Part shown: positions 1 through 9,100 of the stretch, piece by piece
Layout of the letters: each line of letters opens with the position of its first letter
Position numbering within the stretch: the first letter of the stretch is position 1
DNA from: Bythopirellula sp.
GTDB lineage: Bacteria > Planctomycetota > Planctomycetia > Pirellulales > Lacipirellulaceae
NCBI GenBank assembly: GCA_965216565.1
Contig: OZ244170.1
Span: 2,560,001-2,624,000 of the forward strand
Length of the DNA: 64,000 nt
Direction of reading: 5' to 3'
Notes under the pieces: generated by a model
What the model was told of the DNA's origin: nothing
Databases searched by the model: none
What the model saw: the letters and a program-made list of their open reading frames with translations, nothing else
Translations under genes and position numbers: made by a program

Positions 1-615
1 GACCAGAATAACGGCCAGCAGGAGCTTGACGACAACGATGGTCATCGAGGCGTCTTTGTCTTTCTCAAATTCATCCAACGCTGCCGAACCACCATTGGTC
101 CCAGCCCAGCGAACTGATAGCCAAAGATAAACGGCTAGCAGCACGAGAAACACAAAGCCCATCATCTGTGGCAAATGGCCACCTACTTCAAACGGATTCA
201 CTCCCGTCGCCCAAGGCCAGCATGCAGCCACCAACAAGAAGCCGGCCCCAAATTGCAACCAACCTTGTCGATTGACGATGTCGCGGGGCAACTTCAACGG
301 ATTGATCAAACAAGCGATGCCCAATATGAGCCCAGTGTCGCAGATGATCGAACCCACCGCGTTTCCCAGGGCGACGTCGGGATCTCCCTTGAATGCAGCC
401 AACACAGATACGGCTGCCTCGGGAGTGGTCGTGCCCAGGCTCACGATGGTGGCCCCGATAATTACCTTCGGCAAACCGGACCGCTCGGAGAGCACCACTG
501 CCTCGCCCACCAGCCAGTCTGCCGCTTTGCCCAAAATCGCGAGGATAATGGCAATCTCCGCAGCCAGCGCCCAACTGAGTTGCTCCGTAAAGAACTCGAA
601 TAGTTTTTCTTCCAT
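1..615 (-). CDS. Calcium/sodium antiporter (CaCA/YrbG family), 5' part; runs off the window edge
   Basis: Manual translation from ATG at 615: MEEKLFEFF...KAADWLVGEAVVLSERSGLPKVIIGATIVSLGTTTPEAAVSV...ALGNAVGSIICDTGLILG, matching the alpha-repeat GT(S/T)xPE and GNxxGS motifs. Absent from the ORF track because it has no stop in the window. Confidence 0.9.
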   Translation of the reverse strand, partial: MEEKLFEFFTEQLSWALAAEIAIILAILGKAADWLVGEAVVLSERSGLPKVIIGATIVSLGTTTPEAAVSVLAAFKGDPDVALGNAVGSIICDTGLILGIACLINPLKLPRDIVNRQGWLQFGAGFLLVAACWPWATGVNPFEVGGHLPQMMGFVFLVLLAVYLWLSVRWAGTNGGSAALDEFEKDKDASMTIVVVKLLLAVILV

Positions 616-779
616 CGGTGAGGGGCAAAAGGTCGGGGGTGAAGGGGCGGGGGCAAACCTGACTGGGCGTTAGTAGTAAAGCTGACTGCCAAGAATGTCA
701 ATGGGCGGCGGGGCTCGAGCAGCAGGGCAAGCGAATTACAAATTTGCCTAGAGACTACGGACTGAGGTCTACGGCCAAC

Positions 780-827
780 AAAAAAAGGATCCGCTTGGCC
801 TCTGCGGGAAAGCCAAACGGATCCTTT
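780..827 (-). terminator. Strong hairpin followed by a U-tract (intrinsic terminator-like)
   Basis: Minus strand reads AAAGGATCCGTTTGGC-loop-GCCAAGCGGATCCTTTTTTT. Confidence 0.7.
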
Positions 828-1109
828 GGGGTCGGTTTCAAAATCTGCGGGGGACGTTTTGAAACCTCACTACTGGGAACTCCGGCAACGCCTGAGCCGT
901 CGTCTGGTCTTCCCGTGGCGGGTTGAGGTTGCCAGACGAGCAGCGTTTGCCGGTGGAATCGTTAGATAGTTCAAGCAGTTCGCGTGCCAAAATCGAAACG
1001 GATTCGGAGAGAATCGGATTCGACACTTCAACAACGCAGAATTACCCAACGGATTTCGTTTAGATTGCGTTTGCAACGAGAACGTGCGCTGTTGCCATAT
1101 TTGTAACTC

Positions 1110-1568
1110 TTACACGTCGGCTTGCTTCGAATCGAGATTTCGCAACACACTTGCTAGCATTGCCAGGAAGACGGGGCCCGTTTTCTGAAACTCGCGGTCC
1201 TCGGCCTGACAGAGCAGTAAGTAGGACGCTTCTGCAGTTCGAAAGCCACGCAACCAGCAGGTATTGGTGAAGTCGAGGCAGTAGAAGCTGACGTTGAAGC
1301 CTTCGATATCGGTCTGCTCCAACGTTTCCCGCATCGGCTCGGCTTCGATCTCATCGTAGAGCGATCTCAGCGTACTGAGAGCTTCGTCGAACAAGTCTTC
1401 CAGCTCAACCTCCTGTGGATGCTTGCTAAGCTGCCAGAAGGCCGTCTCTGGGCTGGAAACAATGACCTGTCCGGTGGAGGTCTTGCCGACCTCAGCAGAA
1501 TCTTCTTCCAGTTTCCAGTTTTCAGGATATTCAAACCGAATATCGAGTCGATCAAAAACGGCGGGCAT
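1110..1568 (-). CDS. Conserved-looking hypothetical protein (possible PsbP/Mog1-like fold)
   Basis: 152-aa ORF with natural acidic composition and an N-terminal FEYPENW motif; the fold call is a guess. Confidence 0.7.
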   Translation of the reverse strand: MPAVFDRLDIRFEYPENWKLEEDSAEVGKTSTGQVIVSSPETAFWQLSKHPQEVELEDLFDEALSTLRSLYDEIEAEPMRETLEQTDIEGFNVSFYCLDFTNTCWLRGFRTAEASYLLLCQAEDREFQKTGPVFLAMLASVLRNLDSKQADV

Positions 1569-1721
1569 GCTTCGATTACCTACGTATCAAGTATTGTTCT
1601 AGCTAGCACTATTTTATCAAACTCGGGCTGTACTGCCCATAGGTCAGCGCGATGCCGTTGCACCGGAGGAAAGGTGCTTGCTACTCTCCTGAGCCTATTC
1701 CGACCGTTCCTAGGTGACTTA

Positions 1722-2645
1722 GTGAAAAAGTGCTTTCTCAAACCTGATCAGCAACTACGTTCCGCAGTCGTTGTGCTGCTGCTAATCGCCGGGGTTGGTT
1801 GTGCCTCGATGCGCAAGCAAAAAGTGGTTCCGGAATCGATCACCGCTTGCCGAGAGATGTCGCGGCAAGGCGTGGCCGCAATGGAAGTTGGTCAATGGGA
1901 TCAGGCTCGCGAAATTCTGGAAAGCGCTGTTACTACGAGCCCCACCGACATCGACGCGCGACGTCACCTAGCTGAAGTGCTCTGGCAAACAGGCAACCAT
2001 CGCGATGCGGTGGTTCATATGGAGGCAGCGGTTCGGCTTGATCCGCGACACGCTCCAACGGTTGTGCGATCTGGCGAAATGTTGTTGGCCAGTGGTGCCA
2101 CCGACCGTGCGCTGCAGCGGGCCGAAGAATCGATCGTCCTCGATAGCCGACTAGCCGGCGCTTGGGCCCTGCGGGGAAGGATTTATCGTCAGCAAGGAGA
2201 ACCCTCTCGCGCCCTTGCCGATTTGCAACAAGCGTTGCGCTACAATCCCCATGCAACCGACGTGTTGCTGGCCATGGCGGAAATTCATTTTGAAATGGAC
2301 CATCCGCAACGCTGTTTGACCACCGTCCATCACTTACTCGACGTCTACGCACCAGGAGAGGAGCCCCAGCAAGCACTGTGGCTAGAGGGCTTGGCTTACC
2401 AGTCGCTAGACCGACCTCACGAAGCTGCCGAGAGTTTATACGCGGCCAGCTTGCGGGGGCCACCTCATGCTGAATTGCTCTATCGGTTGGCAGTGGCCGA
2501 ACAAGCCGCTGGTCGGACAGATTCGGCAGCTGATACTGTGGATCAGGCCCTGGCACTCGATTCGGGACATCAGCCAAGCTTGAACTTGCAGTCAAGTTTG
2601 AGGGTTGCCCGTGCAGGTCAATCCGATGGCGTTTTGCTGCGTTAG
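1722..2645 (+). CDS. TPR-repeat lipoprotein
   Basis: Hydrophobic stretch plus lipobox-like AGVGC, then multiple TPR units (AWALRGRIYRQQGE, ALADLQQALRYNP). GTG start at 1722 chosen to avoid overlapping the divergent gene. Confidence 0.8.
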   Translation: MKKCFLKPDQQLRSAVVVLLLIAGVGCASMRKQKVVPESITACREMSRQGVAAMEVGQWDQAREILESAVTTSPTDIDARRHLAEVLWQTGNHRDAVVHMEAAVRLDPRHAPTVVRSGEMLLASGATDRALQRAEESIVLDSRLAGAWALRGRIYRQQGEPSRALADLQQALRYNPHATDVLLAMAEIHFEMDHPQRCLTTVHHLLDVYAPGEEPQQALWLEGLAYQSLDRPHEAAESLYAASLRGPPHAELLYRLAVAEQAAGRTDSAADTVDQALALDSGHQPSLNLQSSLRVARAGQSDGVLLR

Positions 2646-2674
2646 ATGCCCACTCGGTAAACCTTGTCCAGGTT

Positions 2675-2735
2675 GTAGCTGGATTCGCAAGAATTCAGTC
2701 CATCTCGGAGCCTGAATTCTTGCGAATTCAGCTAC
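2675..2735. repeat. GTAG-type palindromic REP/REPIN-like element, family A copy 1
   Basis: GTAGCTGGATTCGCAAGAATTCAG...CTGAATTCTTGCGAATTCAGCTAC; near-identical arms recur at 13029 and 42979. Confidence 0.9.
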
Positions 2736-2786
2736 ACGGAGTGCGATTGCTCATGCTCCGCCCCGCTATTCCACGGATCATTTCAG

Positions 2787-2804
2787 TACAACCGGTACAA
2801 CCGG
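2787..2804 (+). promoter_or_regulatory. Perfect 9-bp direct repeat TACAACCGG x2, putative regulator site
   Basis: Seen directly, about 135 bp upstream of the 2941 ORF; degenerate copies occur in other intergenic regions. Confidence 0.5.
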
Positions 2805-2940
2805 CACCCTCATACCCACCTTGGGGGAATTCTCTCTCCTGACGATCAGTCGTAAGGTATGTTTCTGTGGTGCAGTTCATACGGCACCTCCACTCTCAAT
2901 CTCGAGCTTTGACTCTCAAGATCCCGCCTAGGAGCCTACC

Positions 2941-3177
2941 ATGACGCCAATTATCTCGCCTGAAGCACCTTCTTTTGTTGATCGTCGGAAAAGCAATGGT
3001 TCGGCTACCGGGGTCGTGGGTGAACGTCGACAATTCACCAACAGTCACGAAGAGCTCTCCTCAGAGGCAGCGGAATTGGCCCGTGCCATCGATCAGTACA
3101 AGCTGACGCATCGCCGCCGATTCATCAACTTCGAAGAAATGCTATCGATCGTCAAAACGCTGGGTTACAGCAAGTAG
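2941..3177 (+). CDS. Small hypothetical protein with DRR/ERR motifs
   Basis: 78 aa, AGGAG RBS upstream; DRRKS...ERRQF followed by a helical C-terminus (AIDQYKLTHRRRFINFEEML). Confidence 0.8.
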   Translation: MTPIISPEAPSFVDRRKSNGSATGVVGERRQFTNSHEELSSEAAELARAIDQYKLTHRRRFINFEEMLSIVKTLGYSK

Positions 3178-3251
3178 CGAACGCTCGCGGAGTGAGTTCC
3201 TCATTGAGGCAAGAGCCGTAGAGAACAGTATTCTTGCGTCTATCGTAGGCC

Positions 3252-3788
3252 TCATTGCTCTAAAGTGCTTTGAACTTTCTCTTTCCAAAGAAAGATCGCT
3301 CCCAAGCACAAGGTCGAGAGCACTCCGAACGTTAGTAGTTCTATTACCCAAACTTGAAAGTTGTGGGTGCTCCAGAGCGGATCGAGCTGCATATGGGCGA
3401 GCCACGGGAGAGGCAGTGCAACACGCGCATCAGAAAACGGCTGAAACGCAGCCAGCCCTTTGCCATGTTTGTAGAGGGTATCTAAGAAATAGTGCGAATA
3501 CATCGCCATCGTTCCTGCAATCAAGAACGGCCAGTTGCCCGCGAAGGTTTGTCTGAGAATGGTGAACCGCGCCACCAGGCTGTAACAGACGACAATTACT
3601 AAGCCAGAAAACACACTGTGGCTGATGTCGTATCGGGTATGCCCCCAGAAAGGGAATGGCAAGTCAGGAATATTCGCAGCCACAATCATCGCACAGAGAA
3701 TCTTGCCACGCTCGGCAGAGGTTTGATTGCTCCGCCACAACGTCACTGCAATGGTGGCACCGACTATGCTATGACCTACAGGCGACAT
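3252..3788 (-). CDS. Membrane-bound metal-dependent hydrolase (YdjM-like)
   Basis: MSPVGH, NIPDL, SHS and SHYFLD motifs with transmembrane segments. Confidence 0.75.
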   Translation of the reverse strand: MSPVGHSIVGATIAVTLWRSNQTSAERGKILCAMIVAANIPDLPFPFWGHTRYDISHSVFSGLVIVVCYSLVARFTILRQTFAGNWPFLIAGTMAMYSHYFLDTLYKHGKGLAAFQPFSDARVALPLPWLAHMQLDPLWSTHNFQVWVIELLTFGVLSTLCLGAIFLWKEKVQSTLEQ

Positions 3789-3906
3789 GTTGGGATGAGT
3801 CTCTAGCTGTCTGCGAAACGAGAACAATTCAGTCTACCTGGGCTAAGACGACTTGGCCCGAAACAAAGTTCCTTTGCAAACTGCCGTAGCTAACTACAAT
3901 CCCAGC

Positions 3907-4365
3907 ATGCCAATATTTGACTATTCCTTTGAAGTAGACGCCCCGGTCTCGGACGTGCGTGAGTTCCACAAAGATACGCGTGCGCTGAAACTGCTGACGC
4001 CGCCACCGACTATTGTGCAGATGCACAGCATCGAGCCCCTGGGCGAAGGCTCTGTATCTCGCTTTACGCTTTGGGTGGGCCCATTGCCACTACGCTGGGA
4101 AGCGGTTCATCGTGATGTTTCCGAACACGGATTTACTGATGTGCAGCGCTCAGGCCCTGCCGCCAAATGGGAGCATACGCACTCGTTCGTACCAATCGCA
4201 GAGAGTCGAACCCAAGTACGCGAGCATGTTGAATACGAACACAAATCGGGCCTCTGGGGGCTCGTCACTCGACTGCTGTTTGCGAAACCGAATCTCTACC
4301 TGATGTTCACGTACCGAAAGCTGGTGACGCGACGCCATTTACGCTCCACAGCTCAAGCAAGTTAG
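3907..4365 (+). CDS. SRPBCC/START-like family protein
   Basis: FHKDTRALKLLTPP, FTDVQRSGP, WEHTHSF and VREHVEY pattern. Confidence 0.8.
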   Translation: MPIFDYSFEVDAPVSDVREFHKDTRALKLLTPPPTIVQMHSIEPLGEGSVSRFTLWVGPLPLRWEAVHRDVSEHGFTDVQRSGPAAKWEHTHSFVPIAESRTQVREHVEYEHKSGLWGLVTRLLFAKPNLYLMFTYRKLVTRRHLRSTAQAS

Positions 4366-4398
4366 CCCTGTTTGGCGAATAAGGATTGATCTCTCCAC

Positions 4399-4453
4399 TA
4401 GCCGGACCGCCACGCGGTCCGCCGAATTTCGGAGGCAAGCGTGCCTCCGGCTA
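4399..4453. repeat. Palindromic repeat family B copy 1
   Basis: TAGCCGGACCGCCAC...GCGGTCCGCCG...CGGAGGCA..GTGCCTCCGGCTA; second copy at 58449. Confidence 0.8.
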
Positions 4454-4508
4454 TCGGAAAAGCCAGATTGTTTTCTTAATCGATGTGCCCATCGAGCAAC
4501 TGTGGGGA

Positions 4509-5930
4509 CTAGAATCGTCCTTCAAGATTGAAACTGATCCCATGCGCCCAATAGCTGGTTGAATTGTTGGGGAACGCCGGGAGTGCTGCTCCTACGAGGG
4601 TCCCGGGGGGAATCTGCGTAGGATTGACATTGCGGTCGATCTGCTCTGCGGCCCGCATCACATGGCTCCAAAGCAGAATGTTGTAGCCGAACGTGAACGA
4701 AATCTGATCGGTGATCCTTCGATTGAGCGTAACGCCAAATTCAGAGACGGTGTTGAACTCGGTTTCACGATAGACACCCCGATTGCTATCTTGAACTAGC
4801 AATCCGACTGAACTGGTGTTGATACTGGCACCATCGTCGGTCGTCGTGCGACCGGCAATTTGCGTTTCGGAAAGGCTGCCACCAAGGGCGATCTTGGCGC
4901 TGAGCACACAGCTCCAGATGTGATCCATTTGCTGTTGAAGCTCGAAGCCAATCTCTCCCCCATGAAAAGTATTTCTCGTATCGAACGAGTCAGACAAGTC
5001 TACAACGGTTCCCAAATCTGCATCCTGCAAAGAAGTGGAAGAATGGTTGATATTGACCGACTCTCCCAAATAGGCGAACCGATAGCCCAGCAAATAGTCG
5101 ATGCGGCATCCGGGTGTTCGTTTTAGCAGCCGCCGATAGGCCAGCACGGAAGAATGCAGTTCGGTGACAGCCCGCAGATGCAGCGAACCGTCTGATATGC
5201 CAGGGGCCGCGATGAGTCTGGCATCTTCCGCAGCCGTATCTACGTTGAAAAATGGCCTCGCTAGAACGGGATAATCGTCCTGCGCTCCGAAGAAGCTCTC
5301 TTCCTTCTCTCCCAAAAAGAAATAAGTCATCTGCACTGCTGAACTTTGGTTTGAGTCGAGCCACATGCCCGTATCGAACTTCCCGCCACCGCGCGCTTCG
5401 CCATTGATGCTCGACCCGCCAAAGATGGCTGTCGTGTTCGCGTTGCCAAGTTCGCCTATCCCGTTGGGATCGCTGCTTGTGGTTGCCAACACAGGAAGAT
5501 CAGACGACTTGGCCCACCACAATAGGTAACCCGCATTGAACCAACCACGCGATTGCCGGCATGGGGTGCAGTCGAGGCACCCTGTTCCACAACAGAGATC
5601 ATCATGGCAATAGTTGGCATTCACTTGCTCATCGTACACGTCCTGGAAGCTCAGTCTGTCCTCGGGATCAGGCTCATCGTAGAACCTTTCACTTTCGCCA
5701 GACTCTTGCGCCACTTCGGTTGTAAGGGCGTCGAATAGATCGTCCTCGGCAAGATCGTTCTCGGCTAGATCGTCCTCGACTGGCGCTTCGCTCGACTTGC
5801 TTGAGCTTTGTCCGTAACCAGCAGGCATAGCGCCATCGCAAACGAGTAGAGCAGCGAGGCAAAGCCCCGTGGTGAGGTACTGTGCTAGATTGCGTTTGGG
5901 GAAGTTACGCGATTTGATCGATGAGTACAT
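4509..5930 (-). CDS. Planctomycete outer-membrane beta-barrel protein (BBP7/DUF1551-like)
   Basis: Signal peptide, acidic/Cys-rich linker, GWFNAGYLLWW, LARPFFNV, FHGGEIG, and a C-terminal beta-signal ending in Phe (SFNLEGRF). Confidence 0.8.
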   Translation of the reverse strand: MYSSIKSRNFPKRNLAQYLTTGLCLAALLVCDGAMPAGYGQSSSKSSEAPVEDDLAENDLAEDDLFDALTTEVAQESGESERFYDEPDPEDRLSFQDVYDEQVNANYCHDDLCCGTGCLDCTPCRQSRGWFNAGYLLWWAKSSDLPVLATTSSDPNGIGELGNANTTAIFGGSSINGEARGGGKFDTGMWLDSNQSSAVQMTYFFLGEKEESFFGAQDDYPVLARPFFNVDTAAEDARLIAAPGISDGSLHLRAVTELHSSVLAYRRLLKRTPGCRIDYLLGYRFAYLGESVNINHSSTSLQDADLGTVVDLSDSFDTRNTFHGGEIGFELQQQMDHIWSCVLSAKIALGGSLSETQIAGRTTTDDGASINTSSVGLLVQDSNRGVYRETEFNTVSEFGVTLNRRITDQISFTFGYNILLWSHVMRAAEQIDRNVNPTQIPPGTLVGAALPAFPNNSTSYWAHGISFNLEGRF

Positions 5931-6178
5931 ATTCTCAGCCCAGAGTACGTGAATAGAGCCTCTGAGACATTTATCGTGAGAGTTGCCTACCGAGCGTTAA
6001 ACTTTGTGTAATCGGAAAGGCTTCACAATGATTGCACGTACCCAGTAGAGAGAGCAAAGCTCGAAAACCCTGCGTTTTCAGAGAAAAATGGTAACCACAT
6101 TTGAAACTAAGTGGCTAGCAATGCTGGCAGTGTCTGCCTGAATGTTGCTTGCACAGTACCAATCGAGTCCCGCCAATC

Positions 6179-9100
6179 CTAGGCGTTGGGATCGCTGCTG
6201 CCGCTTACCGTGTCTTCAGGAAGCGTTTCGAAATTCCCGGGCACAGAAACATCTTCATCGTCTGATTCCCACTCGTCACCACGGATGTTCTGAAAGATTA
6301 GGGCCAAAAGCTTCATGCACCACACCACCGAGAATGTCGCGGAAATCAGTCCCCCAATCAACATCGGGCTGAAGAAACTCTTCGCAGAAATCATCATATA
6401 GAAGGCAGCGATACCAGCCACGATGCAGACGAGAAATTTGCTGACGGCGCTTTCCTTGTATCGACGCTTGCTATGTTTGGCAATTGCGCGGCGGGCACTG
6501 CTGTTGGCTAGTTCTCGCATTGCGCGGATGTCCGTCGGCAATGGTGGCTTCTTTGAGGAGACTTTCAGCGACTCGAGATCCAGTGGTGCCAAATCTTCCT
6601 GCTGTTCAACCTCCTGGGTCGCGACTTCGTCTTTCGCCAAAGAGACTGGCTCGACAAAGCTCGTGGGCTGCTGCAAACTGGGCGACGAGTCGCCGCGTAC
6701 GCGACTCATCATGCTTTGCATATAGGCTTCCAGAGCTTCGTCCTCAGAGCTCTCTGGTAAGGCGTCGTTCGACAGGTTGTCCGCAGTTGCCGCCGGGGTG
6801 TTGGCGATAGAGGACGTCTGATGTTGCAAGTCGTCGGAGGACTCTTCCGAAATCATGCCGCCGAATTGGTCAATAAACGAAGGCGGCTGAAACTCTTCAA
6901 CTGGCTCCTCTGGCTCTTGCTCCGACGTCGCCGATTGCTCATCGTCCTTCCAGACAGACATCTCTCGAAGCCGGTCGAGTGCCTCAGTGGGATCGCCTTC
7001 TGTAGAATCGTTTTCAGATAGTTCAGCAGAGTCGGTGCTTACGGTACTTTCTTGAGGCTCCTCCTGGGGCAACTCCTGGGACAACGCCTCTGGGCCATCG
7101 CTCTCTACTGAATCCTTTGCCTCGGCAGGCGGAGCGGCTTGTACGGGAGAATCTGAAACTAACACCTCGGTAGGTGCCTGTTGGCTGCTATGCTGTTGTA
7201 GCAGTTGCTGTTCAGCCACGCGGAGACAATCCTGAGCGGCTGCTAGATCACGCTGAGCAGACTCGAATCGAGCTGTGATGTCGGCAAGTTGCGACTCTGT
7301 GGATTCTCGTTCGGCTTGCGAAGCTTCCAGCTCTTCGGCAAGTTGTTCAAGCCTTCCCTGTTGCGAATCTAGCTCTGTTTGCAATTCTTGCTTAGCAAGC
7401 TCCAGTGATTCGACGACTTGCGAATCGTTTGCAGGATCTTCCGAAGAGTTCTCAAGCTGCACCCGCAGTTCGGCTAGCTCCTGTTCCGCTTGCTCAAGCT
7501 GCTGGGCCAGCTTGTCGCGCTGCTCGGCAGTCTCTGCAATCGTGCTCTCAATGTTATTTACACCATTGAGTTTCAATTCAAGTTGATCGCGCAATTCAGA
7601 CAAAGCCTGCTCAGTCTCCAGGTCCTTCGCATGCAGCTTGGCGATCTTTTCGTTGGCTTGATTCAGCTCACTCTGTGAACTGCGGAGATCTACCTCCAAC
7701 AGTTCAATTCGCTCCTTACGCTTAGCGGAGATTTGAGACTCTTCGTTCCATCGCTCTGTTTCTGAGTCGAATTCTTGCTCCAGATCCCGAAGCTTCTGCT
7801 GCCACTCGTCGAGCTCGTCGGAAAGCTGGCTCTTCGTAGTTTCGTATTGACTCGCATCCTGTTCGAGTGTGGCTTGGGAATTCCGAGACTTCTCAAGCTC
7901 GGCAGTCAGATCAGCGATTTGACTCTTCTGCTGAGCAATCGAGTCCTCCAGCTCTTGGCGGCACTGCTGATCCAGACTTGCGGCACTGTTGAGAGATTCG
8001 AAGCGTTCCCCAAGTTCAGCGGACTCTGCCATCAACCTATCAGCGAGTTGCTCGTGCTCTGCAGCCAACTCTTCGGCTTTAGACTTCTCCTCGAGAACCG
8101 ATTTCAATTTGTTCTGTAGCGATTGAATCTGCTTGTCCCGATCGGTCAGCGATTCCTCAAGTTCAACCACCTGACGGCTACGATTTGACCCCTCGGCGAG
8201 GTATTGCTCCCGTTCGCTGGTGAGCTCTTTGACCTTCTCTTCCAGTTCCTGATTCGCTTCAACTTGTAAGAAAGCACTCTCTTCAAATTCTTGAAGCGTC
8301 TCGCAGAGGCTCTCATGTTCTGATTGAAACTTTTCAACCGTTTTATCGCGCTCAGCCAATTGCTTCTCTAGCGACTCCAGCCGTTCGATGACTTCTGCTT
8401 TAGCGGACTCAAGCTCATGGTGTTGGCTTTCATGGCCGGCGAGGTCTGCTCGTAGCGCCTCGATGGTTGCGAGATTTTCCTGAGACTGTTCCCTTGCAGC
8501 CTGCTCGCTCGACTTTGCTTCCTCAAGCTGCTGCTCAAGTTCTGCCAAGTTGTTCGCAGCAGCTTGCTTTGCGGCTTCGAGTTCTTCGTCTTTGGAACCT
8601 TGCCCGGCAAGCTCCTCGCGGAGATTTTCAATCGTTGCCAGCTGGCTCTCTGAATCGGCACGAGCCAACTCCTCATTTTCCAATGCTTGGTGGAGTTGCT
8701 CTTGCAATTGAGCGATATGACTTGCTTTGCCGGCAAACTCCTGCTCCAAAATCTCTTTCTGCTGCAATTCAGCCCGCAAAGAATCGATGGTGGCCACGCT
8801 TTCAGCAAGTTTTTCCTGCGCGGACTTCTCGGCGAAAGCTGCCTTGGATAGGTGTTCCTGCAGCTGTTCCAACTCGGCCTTGCTGTCGGCAAGTTGTTGT
8901 TCCAGGTGTTCTTGTCTCTGCAAAGCCTCATCTTGGAACTGAGATAGGTGATCGCGCTGCTGTTCCTTGATCGACAGCTCTGAGTGGAGGTGCTCGATCG
9001 TGGTCACATATTTTGCATTCTGCTTTTCTGCTTCGCCAGCAGTTAGCTCGTAGGACTGTAGTTGGTCTTGTAGCGAACTGATGGTCTGCTCGCTCGCAGA

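Noticed and set aside
175..701. ORF-track entries 175..603, 188..628, 272..673 and 462..701
   Set aside because: Shadow or alternate frames of the real minus-strand Ca/Na antiporter (1..615).
1419..1721. Long N-terminal extension of the TPR ORF
   Set aside because: Overlaps the divergent 1110..1568 gene; the lipoprotein signal indicates a start near 1722.
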